This document shows, one piece after another, positions 9,335 through 17,564 of a stretch of DNA of 31,883 nucleotides. The DNA is taken from the IMG/VR virus record IMGVR_UViG_3300024978_000002, one strand, 5' to 3'. The notes under the pieces are model-generated. The model was not told the origin of the DNA, ran no database searches, and was given only the letters and a program-made list of their open reading frames with translations. The translations under genes and the position numbers were made by a program. Each line of letters starts with the position of its first letter. Within the stretch, counting starts at the first letter, position 1. The DNA is from a virus.

Positions 9335-10743
9335 TAACTGTTAAAGACGTATCCTCATCACGGAACCTCCTAATCTTTTGTATCTCTGATTACAGGGCCA
9401 AAGTGATGAGTTCAATGAAGAGTTGTGAAAGCGTCAGGCGTCTCCCGTTCATCAGACAAGAAATCAATGTCACAATCGACGGCGACTTAACCGATGCATC
9501 TAGACAACCGCTTTCACTAGAACAGTTCAACCAAATAACTGGTCTTGACGTCGACGATCTCAATGTAGTCGTCGCAGTCACGTTCCAGAAAGTTAATGTG
9601 GCGCCTTTTTTCTGGAAGTTTCTCAAAGCACTTAAGACAGTCGAAGATGTTTCGACTCCTGAGTCTTTAACCATTGGGTTGAAGGTACCTGTCGAATCCG
9701 TAGAGTATCCTGGATTCTTCATCATTCCCTACTTTGGTAATTACCTCATAACCCCAGATGGTTGGTTGATCAAAAAATCAACCGGACAAACTATCCAGGC
9801 TTCGCAAGGTCCACTTGGCTATTACACCTTCAGAATGACTGATGATTCGGGTCATTGTCAAAACCAACTCAGACATCGTATTCTCTGCTACGCTTTCAAA
9901 TCCTACCCAGCCGATGTATCGGACCTCGATGTAAACCACATCGACGGTGTTCCTGGGAATGACGGACTTGAAAATTTAGAGTGGACGACACGATCAGGAA
10001 ATATGTTACACGCATACGACCACGGGCTCCGTTCTGACAATAAACCAGTTCAAGTTAGGGACATAGAGGCGAAGAGGACTCTTATTTTCGGCAGTTATTC
10101 TGCCGCTGCGAGATTCCTCGGTGTCACTGAGACGACGATATCAAATCGAGTTAAATCACTCGGTTATCGTTCCTTTAGTGGATATCAATTTCGTTCTCAC
10201 CCTAGTGACGAACCCTGGCCAGAGGTTGGTGAAGAAGGTGGCAAATATTTGGTAGAATTTCCTGACGGTAACAGTAAGAAATGTGGCTGTGACGAAGCCG
10301 CTAGACTGGCTGGAACTACAAGGACAAGTTTACTGCGACTCCTCCGAGAAGGAAGAACGCAGGGAACCACATTGAACAAAGTGATTCGACTTTAACAAAA
10401 GTTCCCTCAATCTTAAACGGTTGAGTGATTTCTCTCTAATTGACTGGAAACCCCTGAGAGCTCTTCCTACCAAGCTGCTCGTGGAAACACGATAGTGGCT
10501 GCGCTAATCACGCAGGTACGGTAACAAAGGAAGAGATTGGGCAATCAGCAGCGAAGCCTCTTCCTAAAGAGGAACGTTCAACGACTATCCGGTAGCGCGG
10601 AGTAGGGTCAAGTGACCCGAAATGGGAGACACCTGACGGCCTGACAAGGTACAAGGTGAAGATATAGTCTGGTCATCCAGGGAAAACCTGGAGTCGCGGA
10701 TAGTGCCGCAGGTAGAGTTTAACGAACTCTATTGAACATAACG
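9335..10743 (+). mobile_element. Group I intron (1409 nt) in vRNAP beta', carrying an HNH endonuclease
   Basis: Exon ends in U (9334), intron ends in G (10743), and joining gives GAT|TTC GAT GGC GAT = DFDGD. Core elements: P AATTGACTGGAAA (10438-10450), Q AATCAGCAGC (10543-10552), R GTTCAACGACTA (10576-10587), S AAGATATAGTCT (10659-10670). P7 GACTA/TAGTC, P3 TCTCTC/GGGAGA, P9 hairpins at about 10676-10731. Confidence 0.93.
9403..10395 (+). CDS. Intron-encoded HNH homing endonuclease (NUMOD4-like + HNH + C-terminal HTH repeats; I-HmuI-like architecture)
   Basis: IPYFGNYLITPDG (NUMOD4-like), HRILCYAF...VNHIDGVPGNDGLENLEWTTRSGNMLHA (HNH), FGSYSAAARFLGVTETTISNR and CDEAARLAGTTRTSLLRLL (HTH-like). 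Visibly more AT-rich than the flanking exons. Start codon uncertain. Confidence 0.9.
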   Translation: MMSSMKSCESVRRLPFIRQEINVTIDGDLTDASRQPLSLEQFNQITGLDVDDLNVVVAVTFQKVNVAPFFWKFLKALKTVEDVSTPESLTIGLKVPVESVEYPGFFIIPYFGNYLITPDGWLIKKSTGQTIQASQGPLGYYTFRMTDDSGHCQNQLRHRILCYAFKSYPADVSDLDVNHIDGVPGNDGLENLEWTTRSGNMLHAYDHGLRSDNKPVQVRDIEAKRTLIFGSYSAAARFLGVTETTISNRVKSLGYRSFSGYQFRSHPSDEPWPEVGEEGGKYLVEFPDGNSKKCGCDEAARLAGTTRTSLLRLLREGRTQGTTLNKVIRL

Positions 10744-10920
10744 TTCGATGGCGATACGGCAAGTTTCATCGCCGTCTATACGGACGCAGGGGACGACATC
10801 AAGAAGTATCTCAACAGTAAAGAAGCTTTCGTGGATCCCATTGGTGGCCTACGTACGAGTACCGGTGTGCTTACCACGGATCTGTTTCTCCGCAGCTTCA
10901 CGGGCAATCCGGAAGACTGA
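10744..10920 (+). CDS. Virion RNA polymerase beta' subunit, exon 2 (FDGDTASF...; spliced product 546 aa)
   Basis: 58 codons starting FDGDT that complete the Mg-binding DFDGD loop in frame with exon 1. Confidence 0.9.
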   Translation, partial: FDGDTASFIAVYTDAGDDIKKYLNSKEAFVDPIGGLRTSTGVLTTDLFLRSFTGNPED

Positions 10921-10938
10921 ACCCTTAAGGAATTCTCC

Positions 10939-12210
10939 ATGAAGCGTGACTTGATTGAAGAAGAACTCCATGTCACTTTGGAGTCTGTTGAACAGTTAAA
11001 GAACCAGCAAGAATCTGTACTGGTCGAACAACCGTCCCTGGAAGGTTATCAAGAAGCAGATTACCTTGAGTTACGCAAACTTCAGGAACTCACAGAAACC
11101 GTATCGCAAGAAGCTATCGGTAAACAAGAGGTCAAAGACGTTTTGTCAACCATCGGTCGGGCAGGTATTGCGGCAGGTGTAGGCTTTCTAAAAGCTGTCG
11201 CGACGATCCATCGGTGGATTGATTCCACCCACTTGGTACGTGTACGACAACTGCGTCAACAGGCTGAGTCGATCGACAAGGAACACGGAGAACACGACAA
11301 GGGCCGGATGGAACGCGCTCGACTGGCTGTATCGTTATCGGTCGGTGGGGAGTTTCCTGCCGATTTCGACACCTATGCCAAAGGCATGATCGAGTTCTCT
11401 CAACGCGCCACGAGTGGTCCGATAGGTCAGCTGGCAGCGATGAACCATGAGATCGCCAAGCGGTTAGAAGCCAAACGTTGGATGGGGTTGGATGCTTTCA
11501 ACAACGAAGTGAGTGAACTGACACGGATCATCGGTAGTCAGAAACTACCGATGGAACTGTACCCACTGAAAGATTTCCAGCGTTTATTCCCGGGGAATCG
11601 TAGTATGTTCTCAGCGGTCAAACCGCGCATACCCCGCCGTGCGCCGCCACTACCTAACGCCGCGGCGCGTAAGGTCTACGAGGCTGTTACTACCACTACG
11701 ATTGGAATTAACCGCCGCCCTGATGTCGTATCAGGTAAAGCCGATCCGATCTTGCACATTTTGACCGTGCCTGAAGCCCTGGAACTCATTCGTTCGGCGG
11801 AGAGCATTCTGAAGGAAGCTCAGCGTGTCAACCAAGTCGCTCGTTCCTTCGGACACGACAAAGTTCCATCCACGCTGTCCATGATGCTCTCGGGTCTCTA
11901 CCACGGTGTCAAGCGCCAGCTTGACGATATGCGCCCCATCCAGTCTACCGGGTTTGACGTGATCGAAGGTGTGCACCAGGGTGGTGCGACGGTACGACAT
12001 TCCAACGTGATTCAAAATCGACCAGAGCGAGATGCTAAGGACGAAGCTGAAAATGATCAGCGTTCTTTACTCGGCATTTGGGTGAGTCGTTATCTCAAGA
12101 TGTCTCTGGTCGACCACCACGCGCAGTGTCAATCGTTAATGCTACTTTTGATTGGTGTGGCTCGGGCGTATCTAGATTACGCCGAAGAAAGTCTCAACTA
12201 CTACTCCTGA
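10939..12210 (+). CDS. Hypothetical protein, probable protease-matured internal head protein
   Basis: 423 aa with AAGGA SD. Acidic N-terminal region with S-x-E motifs (SVE, SLE, SQE) typical of phiKZ gp175 cleavage sites. Confidence 0.6.
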   Translation: MKRDLIEEELHVTLESVEQLKNQQESVLVEQPSLEGYQEADYLELRKLQELTETVSQEAIGKQEVKDVLSTIGRAGIAAGVGFLKAVATIHRWIDSTHLVRVRQLRQQAESIDKEHGEHDKGRMERARLAVSLSVGGEFPADFDTYAKGMIEFSQRATSGPIGQLAAMNHEIAKRLEAKRWMGLDAFNNEVSELTRIIGSQKLPMELYPLKDFQRLFPGNRSMFSAVKPRIPRRAPPLPNAAARKVYEAVTTTTIGINRRPDVVSGKADPILHILTVPEALELIRSAESILKEAQRVNQVARSFGHDKVPSTLSMMLSGLYHGVKRQLDDMRPIQSTGFDVIEGVHQGGATVRHSNVIQNRPERDAKDEAENDQRSLLGIWVSRYLKMSLVDHHAQCQSLMLLLIGVARAYLDYAEESLNYYS

Positions 12211-12229
12211 ATCACCACGTCTGTATAGG

Positions 12230-12262
12230 ACCGGGAGTACGCCATGGCGTACTCCCGGTTTT
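12230..12262 (+). terminator. Rho-independent terminator-like palindrome
   Basis: Perfect 30-bp palindrome ACCGGGAGTACGCCATGGCGTACTCCCGGT (12230-12259) running into TTT, just after the stop at 12210. Confidence 0.7.
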
Positions 12263-12285
12263 CCCCTGTCTTGAAGGCCTACGGA

Positions 12286-15200
12286 ATGATGCCCGATAAA
12301 ACCTCTTTGCAATGGTCGCTGCTCCCGACCACCCCGGAGCGCTTTCCGCCGGCTCAGGCGGAACATACCCCCGAACCGCTTGAAGACGCGTTACTGACGT
12401 TTACCGGTGAAGGGACGGGTTCGCAAGTCAGCCTGGAAGGCATGCCTCTCTACACGCCGTATTTCCGACGTTATGGTGTCCTGCGCGCGGTTCAGCTCGC
12501 GGTACCTCGAATCAATACGTTGGAGACGCTTGAACTCCCGAAGGAAACCATCCTCCATTACATGGCGGAGGACGAAACCGAGATGGGCCTCTCGCAATCA
12601 GCGCCGATCCTGCACAACAATACCCGCGTGGTGTTCACTGAACACCAGTTGATTCTGGCAGACCAATTGGGTAATCCACGGAAACTCCCGTTGCCGGCCA
12701 TGTCCATGATTCGCGATTACCATCGGCAGAACCGTCGGACACGTAATTTGCTGCGGCCGGAAACAGCGATGCGGGACGTGAACACGATCGTCGTAGAGAA
12801 CTATGCGATCTTAAGTCACTTGTACCGTTATCCCACGAACTATTTTCGGGGTTACTACAAGTGGTGGAATCTCCAAGCAACACTTTGGGAGAACGCAGGG
12901 CGGTTGGGTCGTGAGTATCCGCGTAGGAACCAGTTTCTCCAGTGTCGCCTTCCGACGCTACTCCCGACGCTAGCGCAATTGCGGCGTGGTGAGAACGGGA
13001 TGACACGTAATTTACTGGCGGCGTTTACACAATCGGAGTCTCTGTTTATTCTAGAGATCTGGAAGTGGTTGGGTCTGAAACGCGAGACATCGGTGTTGTC
13101 CAAAGCAGCCCCGGAAGATCTGGCGCAGATGAACCTGATCTTTATCGAGAAAGACCGGTGGTTGGTGTTGAACCTGGGGCTTCTGGATAAATGGCGCAAG
13201 CGTCCCGAACCCGAAGCGGGTTGGGAAGACCACGCTGGCGTACTGGACACACTGATTCTCCAGAAGCGTTTCTTGCGTCTACTGATGACATTGCTCGAAG
13301 TGCGCACGGTGGTGGACTCCGAAGAAGCCGCTGACATTCCGGTGGAAGACGACGGTAGTGAACACGCGGAGAGTGCGGTCAGTACGAAAGCGCAAACTGC
13401 ACCACCGGCGGCAGCGATCGACACCATTGCCAAGCAAACACCGACGCCGACACAACCTGACTCTGTCCAACCTGAGTCGACTGTTGTCGTTACGGCGAAG
13501 GCTGAACCGGTCAAACTGACGATCCCTACGGAAAACGGTAAAACCACTAAGGTTAAGCTCACTGCGAATCTCAACCTGGACAAGCTCCCCGATGCACTCG
13601 TGGAAGAAACACCTGAGAACATCCGGTTGATCGACCAAGCGATCACGAAAGACCTCGAAGCACTCGACCATCTGATGGCTAAGTACGAGACCGAAGTCTC
13701 TGAAGGTCAAGAAGTCGCACCCGCCAGTACCGTGGCCGGTGACGTTACCACGATGCTCAAGTACAAACCGGAGGAGCGTTCACTCCAAAGTAGTGTCATG
13801 CATCGCGTGGACCAACAAGCCGATGCGGGACTGATCTCTGGTGCGGAGTACAGGCGCATGCAGGCGCTCTCTGCAGCGTTCCAGCGACTACCCAATCCGT
13901 TCGGTCAGGGTGTGCTGTCGGATATGACAGTAATCCAACCCGAAGAGCTCGCACTGGCTACTGAGACGATTGCACCAGACATGGGGCTCGTCCCGGACAA
14001 GACGATGCTGAAAAGTGTCGTGGATGAATTTGACACGAAATATCTTGACAAGGTCTACCGAAAAGACCTAGTGCGGATGGTGTTAGGCCTTCAGCACGCA
14101 GGTATTGCGGTCACTGGGTTCTCGATGGATGAGTACCAAGACGCTCTGAACCACTACGAGAAGTACACGTTGCAGTTAACCCCCGTCGTGGGTAAAGTCT
14201 CAACGGTGTACTTCAAACTACCGAAGATCGAAGACGATGGTACGTACTCTGACAATGGGTCAAAATATCGCCTGCGTAAACAGCGAATTGACGTACCCTT
14301 GCGTAAACTATCGCCATCACGGGTAGCTCTCACGAGTTACTACGGCAAAGTGTTTGTGAACCGATCGGAAAAGCAGGTAAACAACTACGCCGGGTGGTTG
14401 ACGAATCAAGTCGCCGCTACCGCGATTGACGACAGTAATGACCGTATCACGCAAGCTTTGCTAGCGGATGTCTCCGACAGTGAACTTAAAGTTCCTCGGT
14501 TGTACGCGATTATGTCGTCACGGTTCCGTTCCTTCCGGGTGTCCTACGACAAAGCTCAATACGACTTCTTCTTCGATTACCATGCTCGTGAGAATTATTT
14601 CGGTAAGGACAAAGTCCAAGCCGTTGAGAAAAACGGTCTAGTCGTGGTCGGTCGTAAGAACGGGCAGTTACTGGTGATGGACGACTCCGACTCTCTCTAC
14701 GAAGTGCAGGGACTAGAGCTGATCAATACCGGTACGACGCTGGAAGAGATTCTTGGCATCGTTGGTAAAGCTCCCGTAGAGATGGCGGAAATCCGCATTT
14801 TCGGTAAGCAAATTCCGGTAGGGCTGTTTCTGGCTTACGAACTAGGTTTGACTGAACTCTTTCGTTTGATGGGTGTGAAACCCCGACGCGTACCGACAGG
14901 TAATCGTTCCTACGTCAACGACGACGAACTCGTCTTGCGGTTTGAAGATGAACTCTGGATCTTCCCACGCGATCGTTCAGCCCGTACGATGATCCTATCA
15001 GGACTGACAGCGTTTGAGTCCGTGACGCGGAATTACTCATCGCATCTGTTCGATCGCAAGGATATCTATTTCAACGTCTTGGAACAAGCGCGGATCGGCG
15101 TACGTTACCTGCGGGAAATGGATTTGATGCGCGACCTGTTCATTGATCCGATCACCGAGGACATCTTGAAAGAGATGGGTGAACCGATCGACTTCATCGC

Positions 15201-15743
15201 ACTGACCATTCGAGCATGTCAGTTACTGGAATCGGACTGGTCGCCGGCCGAGACGGATATGGCATACATGCGTATCAAGGGATACGAACGCATGGCCGGT
15301 GCGGTCTACAGTGAACTAGTGAAAGCCGTTCGACTACAGCGTGCTCGGGGTAGTGCGGCGAATGCGCCCATTGATTTACATCCCGATGCGGTATGGATTG
15401 GCATACAACTCGATCCGGTGAAGAAAGCCGTGGAGGAGTCCAATCCGGTCCACAACGTCCGTGAACGGGAAGAGGTCACGTACAGTGGTGTGGGTGGCCG
15501 TAGTAGTCGGTCCATGGTGGGTCGGACGCGCGTGTTTCATCCGAACGACATGGGTGTGATCTCGGAATCTACCAAAGACTCCGCTGATGTAGCCATCACC
15601 ACATTCATGCCGGCCAACCCTACGCTAACAAGTGTACGTGGTATTGCCCGGCGTTTTGATCCCAAGAAAGACGGCATTACCTCTGTCATGTCCACCCCGG
15701 CACTTCTGGCTCCAGGAGCCGACAGAGACGATCCTAAACGCGT
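12286..15743 (+). CDS. Virion RNA polymerase beta subunit (phiKZ gp178-like), exon 1
   Basis: Beta-like motifs (NGSKYRLRKQRIDVP, VALTSYYGK, RIKGYERMAG, SGVGGRS, DMGVISESTKDSADVA, LLAPGADRDDPKRV). Start placed at ATG 12286/12289 behind GAAGG, because the 12244 ATG lies inside the terminator hairpin. Possible propeptide ending at SLE|G. Confidence 0.9.
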
Positions 15744-16104
15744 ATGAAAGTGCGCCTTTTGGCTAACCCAAAAGAAAACCTCTTTAACTGCTGGGAACTC
15801 TCTTTGAGACAATCAGCAGCCAAACACCTAAGGGCAAGATAAACTCCCCCAATTTCTACATCGCGTCGTGAGACGCTACTTAGGTGAAGGTTCAACGACC
15901 ATCGAAACCACTCCGTTCAGGAGACAAGGGAGTAGAGTAGGGCGCAAGCGCGCCTCCGAAAGGAACAACCGGACTACGGGGCCGGGAATACGAAATGGGA
16001 GGCTACTGTTTTCACAGTAGGTGATATGGTCTGCTCCTCTAGGTGACTAGGGGCGGGTGTCTTTAGCACACCGTCGTGGTGTAGCGAACCACGAGGACAA
16101 AAGG
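15744..16104 (+). mobile_element. ORF-less group I intron (361 nt) in vRNAP beta
   Basis: P1 CGCGU|AUGAAA-GUGCG with a U.G pair at the splice site; P10 ATGAAA (15744-15749) complements TTTCAT (16108-16113); terminal G at 16104. P AACTGCTGGGAA (15786), Q AATCAGCAGC (15811), R GTTCAACGACCA (15890), S GTGATATGGTCT (16021); P7 GACCA/TGGTC. Splicing gives CGC GT|A AAT TTC = R-V-N-F in frame. Confidence 0.92.
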
Positions 16105-17212
16105 AAATTTCATCCCCATTCAGCAGAGTTCAACGACTTTTGCGAAGGGGTACAAACCCACACCGCTCCGGACAGGCTATGAGCATGTCCTGGCACATCG
16201 GGTGGATGAATCATTTGCGGTCTCAGCGAAGAAAGCCGGTAAGGTCACGTCACTTTCTCCGAAAGGTCTGGTGGTGACTTACGAAGACGGAACGACCAAA
16301 GCAGTCTCTTTAGGGCGGCGTTTCGGTAAGGCGGCTGGGTTAGTCCTACCCCACGAGATGGCGACGGAACTGAAAGAAGGACAGTCCTTTAAGGCGGGTG
16401 ATATACTCTCCTACAACGCGCTGTATTTCCAACCTGACATTCTGACTCCGGGTCAGGTTGTGTGGAAAGCTGGTGTGTTGGTGACCACTGCCATTTTAGA
16501 AAGTCCCGATACACTGGAGGACTCTTCCGTGATTTCTGCGGAGACTGCGAAACTACTTGAGACGCAAATCACGTATGTACGAGACATCGTGGTGGGGTTC
16601 AAACAAACCATCCACGACCTCGTTCAAGAAGGGGAGAGCGTAGAGATCGACAGTATTCTATGTATGATCGAAGATGCCGTTACAGCCGAGAATCATCTCT
16701 TTGACGACCAATCGGTTGATCTTCTGAGACTCTTGTCTGCGAACGCTCCACGAGCCAAACATAAGGGTATAGTCGAGAAAGTCGAGGTGTACTACCACGG
16801 CGACCTCGACGACATGTCCCCTTCGTTAGCGGAGATTGCCAACGCCAGTGATCGTGAACGTAAGCGAGCGGCGCGGGCGTTGCAGGCCAAAGCCTTGACG
16901 GGTAAAGTGGATGCATCCACTCGAATCCAATCCAAACCCTTGACAGCCGATAACCTTTTAATCCGCGTGTACATCACGTCGGATGTCGCCGCTTCGGCAG
17001 GTGATAAGGGAGTCTTCGCCAACCAAATGAAATCCGTCTTCGGACGGGTGATGTCTGGTGTCAACGAAACGGCTTCAGGTATCCCTCTGGGAGCGATCTT
17101 CAGTTACACGTCGATCTCGAACAGAATTGTCAGAAGTCCTGAACTGATTGGTGTTAGTTCAACGCTTCTGAAGTTGATCTCCCAACGCGTTGTCAAGGCG
17201 TACAAAGGTTAA
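16105..17212 (+). CDS. Virion RNA polymerase beta subunit, exon 2 (spliced product ~1521 aa)
   Basis: The frame of ORF 16202 is open back to 16106 (NFIPIQQSSTTFAKGYKPTPLRTGYEHVLAHR). Contains beta motifs TLEDSSVIS and GDKGVFANQMKSV. Confidence 0.9.
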
Positions 17213-17248
17213 GTTGTAATGAGTTAGACTCCAGACGTAACCTAAGGG

Positions 17249-17300
17249 GTAGGGAGGAGGCCTCGTAAGAGCCTCCTCCCTACTACCCTTACGTCTTTTT
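17249..17300 (+). terminator. Rho-independent terminator
   Basis: GTAGGGAGGAGGC...GCCTCCTCCCTAC arms (17249-17283), then a T-tract, downstream of the beta stop. Confidence 0.75.
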
Positions 17301-17345
17301 GTTTGTTTGTTTAGACCACCCGCTTGCACAAAGGAAAGCGACACC

Positions 17346-17561
17346 ATGACCAATGACATTTTGCAAAAGGCGCTGCAGCGTTCCAATGTGCCGGCGCTGG
17401 CCAATGCGCTGGAGCTCGGGGCGGAAGCGATCGAGCAGGTAGCGGGTAACGCTATCACCAATACCGTGGAAGGTCAGGCCCTTCAGCCGGCATTCCTTCA
17501 TTCAGCGATTGCAGCGCGTTTGCAGTCGTTGATCAACAACTACATCCAGACGGGGGCTTAA
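17346..17561 (+). CDS. Small hypothetical protein (71 aa)
   Basis: ATG 17346 with AAGGA SD; helical-looking sequence; ends 3 nt before the next gene. Confidence 0.65.
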   Translation: MTNDILQKALQRSNVPALANALELGAEAIEQVAGNAITNTVEGQALQPAFLHSAIAARLQSLINNYIQTGA

Positions 17562-17564
17562 GCC

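Noticed and set aside
10732-10920. 62-aa ORF (MNITFDGD...) as an independent gene
   Set aside because: It is beta' exon 2; the TTG start lies inside the intron's 3' end.
12244-12285. ATG 12244 as the beta start
   Set aside because: It lies at the centre of a 30-bp terminator palindrome; 12286/12289 has a suitable SD.
12855-13646. 263-aa antisense ORF inside vRNAP beta
   Set aside because: Ser-rich mirror of the low-complexity sense region; no independent evidence.
16202-17212. Independent 336-aa RNAP fragment (naturally split gene, frameshift or pseudogene)
   Set aside because: The frame is open back to 16106, and a complete group I intron joins it in frame to the upstream ORF.
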